Assembly (NCBI RefSeq): GCF_964213995.1
Contig: NC_135823.1
Location: 44,082,001-44,146,000 of the forward strand
Direction of reading: 5' to 3'
Source: Mustelus asterias
Taxonomy: Eukaryota
Length of the DNA stretch: 64,000 nt
In this document: piece by piece, positions 13,943-25,223 of the stretch
How positions within the stretch are numbered: the first letter of the stretch is position 1
Layout of the letters: every line of letters starts with the position of its first letter
Made by a program: the position numbers and the translations under genes
The notes under the pieces: model-generated
What the model was told of the DNA's origin: nothing
The model's input: the letters and a program-made list of their open reading frames with translations, nothing else
Database searches by the model: none

Positions 13943-15098
13943 TGTCATGTACTCTGTTGTGTAGGGACGTAACAATACACATGAACAAAGAGTGATTTAG
14001 TCACAATAAGTATTGCAAATGCTAGGTTCTGGGCCGGGACTTAGAAATTTCAGCCATTTTCAGGAATCCTGCCACTGGGGCGGTATTCTCCATCATGGCA
14101 AAAACCAGGGCCTCGGTCTCACACATGCACATACAAAGACTGGATATACACTGCAGTTGATCCAGTCTCTTCTGATTTATAATTTCCAGTCTCCCAAGTG
14201 GGTTTCTTGAATGGATTTGATCATTTAAAGTTGAAGTAAGAGTCTTGTAACAGGTTTCTTTGAATATCTAGGAGGTTGGTTCTTCGGTGAACTTTGAAAC
14301 CGGAACAGGTTAAGTACTTTGGCTGCTTGATTGTTTTAAGCTAATTTCAGTGTCTGGTTCTCTGATTGGTTGATGACTGATGGTTCTGATCAACTTCTAG
14401 GTCCTAAAACTAATTTTGATCACATGACCACTGTGTTAACATTTCTGAAGCCAAGCCAGTCTGGTTTAGATGGGGAAGATCATTATGATACAATGGGAAG
14501 TTGACACTGGCCATTAAGTGTCAATGTTCCCTTTTGTCCAGTATAAAACATGGAGACGATCAGTCTGGAAGCTCCATAATCTTTAGGTGTTGGCCCATTC
14601 TTAAATAGTGAGATGTCTGAATTCCACAGATAACTATGATGCATCCTTGCCTTCGCCAACATTTAATTCGGTATTTGCCAGAGATGTCACGGTGGCACAG
14701 TGGTTAGCACTGCTGCCTCACAGCGCCAGGAATCCGGGTTCGATTCCCAGCTTGGGTTGCTGTCTGTGTGGAGTCTGCACGTTCTCCTTGTGTCTGTGTA
14801 GATTTCCTCTGGGTGCCTTGGTTTCCTCACACAGTGTGAAAGGCGTGCTGGTTAGATGCATTGACCTGAACAGGTGCCGGAATGTGGCGACTGGGGGAAT
14901 TTCATAGTAACTTCATTGCAGTATTAATGTCAGCCTACTTGTGACTAATAAATGAACTTTACTTTAGACTTGATACTATCCATAGTCCAAATGCCAAAAG
15001 TCATATATTTGTGGCAGCCGTTTTGACAGCTTGTTTGTGTCCAATTTCTAAAATTTACTGTAAGTTCATAATATGATGTGCCTTTACTGGGAATGACA
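13943..15098. mobile_element. Probable old solo LTR interrupted by a SINE
   Basis: TGTCAT...ATGACA inverted termini; ~14160-15098 is clearly homologous to ~43275-43984, which adjoins a decayed gag. No TSD found. Confidence 0.5.
14683..14970 (+). mobile_element. HE1-type V-SINE, alternative tail
   Basis: Head, V-domain and alternative tail. Confidence 0.85.
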
Positions 15099-15924
15099 CT
15101 TGGTACCAGTATATCCAGCACTTTGCTGCCTCTGTCTCTGTGTATATCCAATATCCATCTCTAGCTCACTACCATGAACATGTCAATGTCCCAATAATCT
15201 TTTACTGGCCCATCCATTTAATAGTGAGAATATCTAAAGGAGCTCGGCTTATTCACCTCATATCACATGGCAGTATTACAAAGAAGAGCAGAAGAGGTTT
15301 CCCCCACGTGTCCTGACCAATATTTACTAATCGCCATTAGAATAAATAGATTATCTAGTCATTGTCACATTGCTGTTTGTGGGAACTTACTGCGTGTGTT
15401 ATCATATTTACCACAACAGTGGCTACAGTTGCTTCCGGAACTTCCAGTGCTATAACTGATGATACGGAACCATGAATAAAGATGCTCAATTATGGTGACC
15501 AAAGCTTAATAAGATAAATACTGTTGCATTTGCTAACATAATCAGATGTCATATGGTCAAAACAAGCACTGTGATCATGTCAATGTCCTAAGAATGCCAT
15601 TTTGCAACCCTATTGGAGCAGCTTGACACAGGAGACCCGATGAGTGTGACCGATTTGCTACCAGGAAACTGAGGTCTGAAAAACTAGAGGCCTGAGAAAT
15701 TTAATCTCGGATATGATCCCAAACAACCTGGAGTTAAATTCCAGTATCAATGACATCTTTTGAAACACAAGCTGAATATAAATTCCTACTACCAAAAGAG
15801 GGGGGGGGGGGACTTTTTTTTGAACAAGGAATGTTCCGTCATACTTCCCATTTACTTTAGCAGTAAGGTGGAGAATGTCCAACTGTACTTTTGATGTAAT
15901 GATATCACCCTTATCAATGTATTT

Positions 15925-16396
15925 GAGGGGTGTTTTGCCAGTTGATTGGGTTTTACCATGCTGTTTTACCAGTTGTTTGTGATTTTCAGGGCTATTTTAC
16001 CAGTTGTTTGGGACTTTCAGGACTGTTTGACCAGTTGTTTGGGATTTTCAGGGCAGTTTTCCCAGTTGCTTGGGTTTTTCGGGACTGTTTACCAGTTGTT
16101 TGGGATTTTCAGGGCTGTTTTACCAGTTGCTTGGGTTTTTCGGGACTGTTTTACCAGTTTCTTGGGTTTTTCAGGGCTGTTTTATCCATTGTTTTGGATT
16201 CTCTGGGCTGTTTTATCTGTTGTTTTGGATTTTCTGGGCTATTTTATCAGTTGTTCTGGATTTTTTGGGCTGTTTTACCTGTTGTTTGGGATTTTCTGGA
16301 CTGTTTTATCTGTTGTTTGGGATTTTCAGGGCTATTTTGCCAGTTGTTTGGGATTTTCAGGGCTGTTTTGCCAGTTGTTTGGGATTTTTGGGACGG
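15925..16396. repeat. 31-bp minisatellite, left part (~15 units)
   Basis: Degenerate tandem unit ACCAGTTGTTTGGGATTTTCAGGGCTGTTTT. Confidence 0.95.
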
Positions 16397-16714
16397 TGTG
16401 GTGAACCATCGTTGGTTACCACTGTGGGGTTATTCCAATGTTACTGTTGGGTTAGGGTGTTGACACTGTGGGGTTGTTATAATGTTGTTGTTGGGTTAGG
16501 GTGTTACACTGTGGGATTAATATACCTGTGGTGGATGCTGTTATGGCACATCCCGGTCGGGCCCCGCCTCCTGGGGAGAGGTATAAGACCCTCTGCTCAG
16601 GCGGGACCCCTCCAGTCTGGAATGGTGTACTCGTGTTTAGATAGTTCCATTGTTTGTCAATAAAAGCCTTCAATCGCTGAAGCCTTGTACCTCGTGCTTG
16701 ATTGTCGCGCATCA
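16397..16714 (+). repeat. 5' LTR (318 bp)
   Basis: TGTGG...CATCA; GC box CCCCGCC 16562-16568, TATAAG 16582-16587, AATAAA 16659-16664. Confidence 0.97.
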
Positions 16715-16715
16715 A

Positions 16716-16730
16716 TTTTATTGACAAACA
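16716..16730 (+). promoter_or_regulatory. Non-tRNA primer-binding-site position: 15-nt perfect complement of LTR nt 16651-16665
   Basis: TTTTATTGACAAACA is the reverse complement of TGTTTGTCAATAAAA. It starts 1 nt after the LTR end and there is no TGG. Confidence 0.75.
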
Positions 16731-16755
16731 CAAAACTCTCGACAGTAAAGAGAGT

Positions 16756-19700
16756 ATGGAGCAAATGCTGAAACCAGAGCGTCTGACGCTGGACCCACGT
16801 GCGGTCGGTGCCTCTAACACCTTCGACCACTGGCTGAAGTGTTTCGAGGACTACCTGGCGGCCTCTGCAGCAGTTACTACGGACAACGACAGACTCCAGG
16901 TCCTCCACGCGAGGGTAAGCGACACGGTCTATCTCGCGATTCGTGCGGCCACCACTTACCCGAGGACCATCGAGCTCTTGAAAAAACGATACACGAGACC
17001 ACCCAACGAGATTCACGCTCGTTACCTCCTCGCTACACGACGTCGGCAGTTGGGCGAAACCATGGAGGACTACGCCAATGAGCTCTTGCAGCTTGCCAAG
17101 GGCTGCGACTGCAAAGCTGTGTCGGCTGAGCAGTACATGTACGACCTCGCCCGAGATGCGTTCGTAGCAGGGGTAGGGTCCTCGTACATCCGGCTTAAGC
17201 TATTGGAGAAAGGGAACCTCAACCTGACCCAAGCGATGGAGATGGCTGAGATGCTGGAGGCAGCGTCGAAAAGCTTGGCTCTGTACCCCGAAGACCACGT
17301 GGAGACAACGTGGCAGGAGCAAGCACAAATCCCTCCTCGCCCCACGGGCTCGCGCTCCCATATCGACCCGACGACAGCGGCAGCTCCAGGCGGCCAGCGG
17401 TGCTATTTTTGCGGAGGAGCCAAGCATCCACAGCAACAGTGTCCAGCTAAAACGGTGATCTGCAGTCAGTGCGGTAAAAAGAGGCACTACGCGAAAGTCT
17501 GCAGATCGAAGCCCAAGAACGGCAGTGCAGCCTGTGACCCTCCAGAGCGGAGACAATCTCCTTCGGCGTCGCAGTATCCACGAGGTCCGACCACGTGCGA
17601 ATCCAGGACGACGCCATCGTGGCTGGCGGAGGAGGAGGATGACCACCAGGAGTTGCTACGCTTGGCGCCCTCACCCACGTGCGATTCATGGGGGCGGCCA
17701 TCGTGGTCGACGACGACCAGGAGCGACCAGCAGGGGTCCTCAGTATCAACCTCGGCTGCCTGCAGTGACGTCCAAGGGCCAACGGTGGCGTCGATCTCTC
17801 TGGACCAGACAAAGCATCACAGGCTTGACTGTTCGATGATGAACATCAAGGTAAATGGTCGTACTGCGTATTGTCTGTTTGACAGTGGGAGCACCGAGAG
17901 TTTTATTCACCCTGACACTGCAAAGAGGTGTGGACTCCGGGTTCTACCTGCCAAACAGACAATTTCTATGGCATCACGGTCCCGGTCTGTACCGATCCAA
18001 GGACGTTGTGTGGTAACCCTGGAGGTGCAGGGCACAATTTACGAGCGATACAGGCTCCTTGTGTTGCCGCACCTTTGCGCGCCAATTCTCCTCGGACTAA
18101 ACTTTATGGTCCACATGAAGAGTGTGATCCTACAGTACGGTGGGCCACTCCCTTCGCTGGCAGTAGGGAATCAGCCGCAGCCTCCAAATTGTCCAAAGCG
18201 CCCCGCATGCAATCTTTCCACACTAAAGATCACCACACCCTCTTTATTTAAGAATCTGGTACCAGGCTGCAAGCCCATCGCTACTAAAAGTAGGCGTTAC
18301 AGCGCTGAAGACCGGATCTTCATTAGATCTGAGGTTCAGCGGCTCCTCAAAGAAGGGATCATACAGCCCAGTGCTAGTCCGTGGAGAGCGCAGGTCGTGG
18401 TGGTTAAAAGCGGGAACAAACCCCGGATGGTCATCGACTACAGTCAGACCATTAACCATTATACGCAGCTGGATGCGTATCCTCTCCCGCGCATATCTGA
18501 TATGGTCAATCAGATTGCGCAGTACCGGGTGTTCTCCACCATAGACCATAAGTCCGCCTACCACCAACTCCCCATCCGCCCAGAGGACCGACAATATACG
18601 GCTTTTGAGGCGGATGGTCGTCTGTATCAGTTTCTTAGGGTTCCATTTGGTGTCACCAATGGGGTCTCGGTCTTCCAGCGTGCTATGGACCGAATGGTGG
18701 ACCAGAACGGGTTGCGGGCTACCTTCCCGTACCTGGATAACGTCACCATCTGCGGCCATGACCAGCAGGACCATGACACAAACCTCCAGAACTTTCTGCG
18801 CACTGCGTCTCGCCTGAATCTGACCTATAACAGGGAGAAGTGTGTATTCCGTACGCGCAGGTTAGCTATCCTGGGATACGTGGTGGAAAACGGGGTCATC
18901 GGCCCTGATCCAGACCGTATGCGCCCCCTTACTGAACTTCCCTTGCCCGCTAGCACAAAAGCACTGAGGAGATGCCTCGGCTTTTTTTCTTATTATGCGC
19001 AGTGGGCCCCCAACTACGCGGACAAAGCCCGTCCGCTCATCAAGTCCACGACTTTCCCACTCACGCCGGAGGCCCAATTGGCCTTCAAGGCTTTGAAAAG
19101 CGACATTGCGAAAGCCACGATGCACGCGGTGGATGAATCCATCCCTTTTCAGGTGGAAAGTGATGCATCGGATTTCGCCCTGGCCGCCACACTGAACCAG
19201 GCAGGCAGGCCCGTCGCGTTTTTTTCCCGCACCCTTCAAGGTCCCGAAATTCGGCATTCAGCGGTGGAGAAGGAGGCTCAGGCTATTGTGGAGGCCATCA
19301 GACACTGGCGCCATTACCTGGCGGGGAAGCGGTTCACCCTGATCACGGATCAACGATCCGTGGCGTTTATGTTCAGTAATACGCAGAGGGGCAAGATCAA
19401 GAATGATAAGATCTTGCGGTGGAGAATTGAGCTCTCCACCTATAATTACGATATTATGTATCGTCCAGGGAAACTCAATGAGCCCTCGGATGCCCTCTCG
19501 CGCGGAACATGCGCTATCATGCAGGAGGACCGCTTGAACGCCCTCCATAATGACCTGTGCCATCCTGGGGTCACTCGGCTCTACCACTTCATAAAAGCCC
19601 GTAACCTGCCCTACTCGGTGGAGGATGTCAGGTCTGTAACGAGAAGCTGTCGGATTTGCGCGGAATGCAAACCGCACTTTTATCGACCGGACCGGGCACA

Positions 19701-20730
19701 ATTGGTCAAGGCCACTCGCCCCTTCGAGAGGCTGAGTGTGGATTTTAAGGGCCCCCTTCCCTCAACGGACCGGAATGTGTATTTTCTCAATATCAGAGAT
19801 GAATACTCCCGGTTCCCGTTTGTTGTTCCCTGTGCGGACACGTCGACTGCCACAGTGATTAAGGCATTCAGTGATCTTTTTACCCTGTTCGGGTACCCCT
19901 GCTACATACATAGCGACAGGGGCTCGTCGTTCATGAGTAACGACTTGAGGCAATTCCTGCTCTCATACGGGATTGCCTCTAGTAGAACCACGAGCTACAA
20001 CCCTAGGGGTAACGGACAGGTGGAGAGAGAGAATGCTACAGTCTGGAAGGCTGTCCTATTGGCGCTGAAGTCCAGGGGCCTTCCAGTCTCCCGTTGGCAG
20101 GAGGTCCTTCCAAATGCGCTTCATTCCATTCGCTCCCTCCTGTGTACGGCAACCAATGCTACTCCCCACGAGAGGATGTTCTCATTCCCTCGGAAGTCGT
20201 CCTCGGGGATCTCCTTACCAGCCTGGTTGACGTACCCAGGACCCGTCCTTCTGCGGTGACATGTGAGGGCCCGCAAGTCCGACCCCTTGGTCGAACCGGT
20301 CCAACTCCTCCACGCCAACCCTCAGTATGCCTATGTGGCATATCCTGACGGGCGAGAGGACACGGTCTCGATTCGAGACCTGGCACCCGCAGGGGACGTA
20401 GCAACTCCTGTCGCTCCTATACCCCCTGTCACGAATCCCCTATCACTTCTTTCCTCCCCGGACGTGGCGCGGTCAGCACCGGGACCAGTGCATAACAGTT
20501 ATACTCCCATGTACAGCTTGCCTGAGACTCGGAGATCGGCGCCACCACAGAAGGTACCAGGATCCCCTGCACCACCGCTTCACCAGGGTCAACCGGCCCG
20601 GGAGTCCTCGAGGGGACAGCCGGACGCTGTTTTGGAGAGAACGCCACCGCAAGCACCTGCTCCGGTGTCACAACCGGTGTTGAGGAGATCACAGCGATGG
20701 TGCGGTCCTCCAGACCGTCTGGACTTGTAG
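16756..20730 (+). CDS. Gag-Pol polyprotein in a single frame (1324 codons) with one in-frame TGA at 20257-20259
   Basis: First ATG at 16756; two CCHC knuckles (CYFCGGAKHPQQQC, CSQCGKKRHYAKVC), protease LFDSGS, RT (PFG, YLDN), RNase H (ESDASD, EKEA, TDQ), integrase HHCC and D-D-E (DFKG, HSDRG, VEREN); ORF 20263-20730 continues in the same frame. Confidence 0.93.
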
Positions 20731-20783
20731 ATTTTTTTTGTATATATGTAAACTGTTTTCGCACCCCACCGGCCTTTGTTTTC

Positions 20784-20797
20784 AAAGGAGGGGTGAA
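20784..20797 (+). promoter_or_regulatory. Polypurine tract
   Basis: AAAGGAGGGGTGAA immediately 5' of the 3' LTR. Confidence 0.9.
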
Positions 20798-21116
20798 TGT
20801 GGTGAACCATCGTTGGTTACCACTGTGGGGTTATTCCAATGTTACTGTTGGGTTAGGGTGTTGACACTGTGGGGTTCTTATTATGTTGTTGTTGGGTTAG
20901 GGTGTTTACACTGTGGGATTAATATACCTGTGGTGGATGTTGTTATGGCACATCCCGGTCGGGCCCCGCCTCCTGGGGAGAGGTATAAGACCCTCTGCTC
21001 AGGCGGGACCCCTCCAGTCTGGAATGGTGTACTCGTGTTTAGATAGTTCCATTGTTTGTCAATAAAAGCCTTCAATCGCTGAAGCCTTGTACCTCGTGCT
21101 TGATTGTCGCACATCA
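20798..21116 (+). repeat. 3' LTR (319 bp)
   Basis: About 98% identical to the 5' LTR; TATAAG at 20984, AATAAA at 21061-21066. Confidence 0.97.
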
Positions 21117-22083
21117 GACGGTTTTATCAGTTTTTTGGCATTTTCTGGGCTGTTTTATCAGTTGTTTGGGATTTTCAGGGCTCTTTTGCCAGTTGTTTGG
21201 GAATTTCAGGGCTGTTTTATCAGTAGTTTGGGATTTTCAGGGCTGTTTTGCCAGTTGTTTGGGATTTTCAGGTCTGTTTTATCAGTCGTTTGGGATTGTG
21301 GGACTGTTTTATCAGTTGTTTGGGATTTTCAGGGCTCTTTTGCCAGTTGTTTGGGAATTTCAGGGCTGTTTTATCAGTTGTTTGGGATTTTCAGGGCTGT
21401 TTTGCCAGTTGTTTGGGATTTTTCTGGGCTGTTTTATCAGTTGTTTGAGTTTTTGGAGCTGTTTTGCCAGTTGTTTGGGATTTTCTGGACTATTTTGCCG
21501 CTGTTTGGGAATTTCACGGCTGTTTTATCAGTTTTTTGTGATTTTCAGGGCTGTTTTGCCAGTTTGGGATTTTCCGTACTGTTTTATCAGTTGTTTGGGA
21601 CTTTCAGGGCTGTTTTATCAGTTGTCTGAGTTTTTGGAGCTTTTTTCGCAGTTGTTTGAGTTTTTGGAGCTGTTTTCCCAGTTGTTTGGGATTTTTCTGG
21701 GCTGTTTTAACAGTTGTTTGGGACTTTTAGGGCTGTTTTATCAGTTGTTTGTGATTTTTTGGGCTTTTTGCCAGTTGTTTAGGATTTTTGGGACTGTTTT
21801 ATCAGTTGTTTGGGATTTTCAGAGCTGTTTTATCAGTTGTCTGAGTTTTTGGAGCTTTTTTCCCAGTTGTTTGGGATTTTCTGGGCTGTTTTACCTGTTG
21901 TTTGGGACTTTTAGGGCTGTTTTATCAGTTGTTTGGGATTTTCAGGGCTGTTTTACCTGTTGTTTGGGACTTTTAGGGCTGTTTTATCAGTTGTTTGGCT
22001 TTTCGGGGCTGTTTTACCAGTTGTTTGGGATTTTCAGGGCTGTTTTACCAGTTGTTTGGGATTTTCAGGGCTGTTTTACCAGT
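21117..22083. repeat. 31-bp minisatellite, right part (~31 units)
   Basis: Same unit as 15925-16396; the array resumes in register after the TSD. Confidence 0.95.
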
Positions 22084-22616
22084 GGTCTGTGTTGAGCAGC
22101 GGTAGGAACCAGAGTGCGCGGGTCCAGTTGCTGGGAGGGAAGATTAGGTTGACGGAGCGCTGAGGAGATGGGGGGTGGGTTTCGGTGTGACTTCAGTTAT
22201 AGAACGGGTGAGGGGGGCGAGGTGGGTTTTGATGGTGCAGAGATTGGTATGATTTGAAATGTTTCCGACACAGAGTGTTGTTTTGGATGAAGTGGTGGCG
22301 GTGTCTCGGCTCCAGAGCCTGACTGCCTCCTGCACCAACATCCAGAGGGAGCTGGCTGTGTGAATGGAATCAAACCAACACAACATGGAGTTACTGCACA
22401 CTTCAGCACTTATTCCTGGAGACTGGGCAAGGCCCCACATACTGATGGCGCCTGAACTTGATCCCCACCTATATATCCGAGCTGTGCCAGCAAGGTGCTG
22501 CTTAAACCTGATGCTAAACTGACCTGGGACATATGCCTGCCTCATTATTGTCGACAAATGGTCTCCCTATGTATGGTGCACCAACTAATTCACAGCCAGA
22601 ATTGCCAGCTCTGCTT

Positions 22617-22910
22617 GGACAGTGGTTAGCAGTGCTGCCTCACAGCACCAAGGACTGGGGTTCGGTTCCCAGCTTGGGTCACTGTCTGTGCAAAGTCTGC
22701 ACGTTCTCCCCGTGTCTCCTCCGGGTGCTCTGGAAGAAACCGGAGCACCCAGAAGATGTCCAAAAGTTGTGCTGATTAGGTGCGTGGCCATGCCAAAGTT
22801 CTCCCTCAATGTACCCAAACTGGTGCCGGAATGTGATGACTACCGGATTTTCACAGTAATTTCATTGCAATGTTAATGTAAGCCTACTTGTGACACTAAT
22901 AAACTTAAAA
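22617..22910 (+). mobile_element. HE1-type V-SINE, alternative tail (internally rearranged)
   Basis: Head and alternative tail; part of the V-domain is inverted (GAAACCGGAGCACCC). Confidence 0.8.
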
Positions 22911-24139
22911 CATTGTCCTGGTAGGCTTCACCAGCGATCAGACTCCCCAGTCAAACCACCCTGGTCACCCTAATGCCAATGTTTTAGCAGCTACTAAACA
23001 CAAAATGGTCAAAACCTGTCAGAAAAACACCTGACGTTAAAATCTGGTTGTGATTTTCCCCCCCTAGTTGCTGGCGGCAGTGTTGACTACATTAGAGATG
23101 GATTCCTGGAGACTCAAAGGCAGTCTTAGAGGGTGACAATCCTACTCACCAAATCCTGGAATCACAGTCTATGTAAGCACTGGTCTTGACAAGTTGTAAA
23201 TAAATACCTAAGATGCAAGTATGAATACACCAGCAGGTGGACTCAGAGCACCTGTAGTGTAGTCTGATTTCCCTGCGTTATTCAGCTCCCATACAGCTAT
23301 GCGGGTTCTCAGTCCCATTGCGACATTGTTATGACTAAGGGGAGAAAATTATTGTGCCAAAATAATAGCTAAATGACCCCTACATGCTTAACTTAAAAAT
23401 AGTTAGGAACAAGTGGAATAATGTGCAAAGAATCTAAAATGATCTCCGTGCAGTCAATATCCAACAGCTTGGAACAGAAGTTTAATACCAAGGGAAGGGT
23501 GTAGATCAATATTGCACGCACAAACATTAGGAAACTGTATGGATGATTAATGACGTAATCAGTACAGCTTAAATTGAAATGAAGTATTCACTTAGACCAA
23601 ACAGGAGTTAACTGGACCCACCAGTTCTCCAACTAGAAATGCATATTAAATGGCCAGGTGTCTTGCGTCATGGATTCCCAATCCTCTTTTCACTTTGTTA
23701 TAAACCACAAAAATGATCAGAAAATCTAAGCATATGCACTTCAAAATTTTCACAGCCACCTTGTACAGGGGGCAAAGTGTTTGCTCTGCTGACTGGTGAA
23801 AGTATCAACTACTGGAAAATTACAAAAAAACTGCATGCAGGCATTGTTCAGGATGCCTCCAGAGGTTCAGCCAAAAAAAAGGCTGTCATGATCAAGACTA
23901 TTCAGTCGAGTCAAAGAAAGTGTACTAAAAGGAGTCTGACAACAAACAGCTGGGGACAAAGGGCTGACGGTTCCCTAATTCATTACCCCTCACTTGTGTC
24001 GAATGGGCATTAAAAAAACTATTCATATTATGTGCAGTTGATTTCATGGGTTTCTTTTGGTGTTACCACTTTGGGAAGCAGTTTTGCAACATGGAAATGT
24101 TGTAAGGAAGCAGGAGTGATAATGAAATGACTACTTTAA

Positions 24140-24670
24140 AATAACAGAAACATAGAAAACAGAAGCAGGAGGATGCCATTCGGCCGATTGCGTCTACTCC
24201 ACTATTCATTATGATCATGGCTGATCATCCAACTCAGTAGCCTGATCCTGCCTTCCACCCCGCCCCCGACCTTTGATCCCCTTCACTCCAAGTGCTATAT
24301 CTAACTGCTTCTTGAAAAAACAATATTTTGGCCCGAACTACTTTCAGTGATAGTGAATTCCACAAATTTCACAAAGTGAAATCTCTCACTTTGGAATCTC
24401 TCTCATTCCAAAGTGAGAGATTTGTTCACCCACTCTCTGGGTGCAGAAATCTCTCCTCATCTCTGTCCTAAACTGTCTACCCTGCATCCTCCAACTGTGA
24501 CCCCTGGTTCTGGACATCCTCACCATTGGAGACATCCTTGCATCTACCTTGTCTAGTCCTGTTTTATAGGTTTCTATGAGACACACCCCCTCCCCAATTC
24601 TTCCAGCGAATACAATCCTAACTGACTTAATCCTTCCTCATATGTCAGTCCTGCCATCCCAGGAATCAAA
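24140..24670 (-). mobile_element. Old CR1 3' fragment
   Basis: ETYK..GLDKVD..RTRGHS..FRTEMRRDF in the minus-strand ORF. Confidence 0.8.
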
Positions 24671-25117
24671 TGAACTTGTCAATATATTTTCAGTGAAACA
24701 TTAACTAAAAAGTAGTTTTTAATTTCATTAAATTAACAGTTAATGCTTGCACTATCTGACTACATTATTAAAGCCTCGCATGAAATGCCAGTGAAGTCCG
24801 CTCCTGGATTGGATAAAGAAAAATAGTTAAACCTGGGGCTGGGTTTCATCCATGTTATGATATGCCTCTGAATGTGTAAGTTGCTGAGAGTATACAAAAT
24901 GTTTCTCATCAGTTGCTTTGTAAATTTAATCTCAACTTAATTGTAACTTTAGGACAAAATGCTTTAGCAGAATTATCTTCAAAATATTGACTGAATGGTG
25001 TTTTATTTGTCATTAAGTTAAATGGTACTTTGGGCATGTATTATTAAATATGCACTATTATTTCTGTATTTGCAGTATTTTGATGCTCTGCCATGCTGGA
25101 TCAGACAGAGGGAATGC

Positions 25118-25223
25118 ATGGATTCCATTACATTTAGGAGTGACACAGTGCTTTCTGATGTCCACATGTACACACCAAACATTAGGCACCTAATGGTGAG
25201 ACTAAATGCAGTCGGACAACCAG
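25118..25223 (+). CDS. METTL22: METTL22 coding exon 1 (acceptor at 25075/25076, ATG at 25118)
   Basis: MDSITFRSDTVLSDVHMYTPNIRHLMVRLNAVGQP matches the recognised METTL22 N-terminus; donor CAG|gtacc, phase 1. Confidence 0.93.

Larger units (their letters stand above)
16397..21116 (+). mobile_element. Full-length Ty3/Gypsy LTR retrotransposon (4.72 kb), young
   Basis: TG...CA LTRs at 16397-16714 and 20798-21116 (4 substitutions + 1 indel by eye), TSD GACGG at 16392-16396 and 21117-21121, PPT at 20784-20797, domain order gag-PR-RT-RH-IN. Confidence 0.98.

Noticed and set aside
15431-15445. Double ETS-like motif CTTCCGGAACTTCC as the METTL22 promoter
   Set aside because: No CpG island or clear donor nearby, and a short motif alone is insufficient. 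The GC-richer 22085-22230 segment is an equally unproven candidate.
15930-16663. Long hydrophobic ORFs in all three + frames (also 21052-22163)
   Set aside because: Translations of the 31-bp minisatellite, which lacks stop codons; the peptide motifs simply rotate between frames.
16702-16755. ORF-track start of gag-pol at 16702
   Set aside because: It is a TTG inside the LTR; the first ATG is at 16756.
15925-22083. CRISPR-like appearance of the ~31-bp repeats
   Set aside because: Units are head-to-tail with no unique spacers, there are no cas genes, and the context is eukaryotic.
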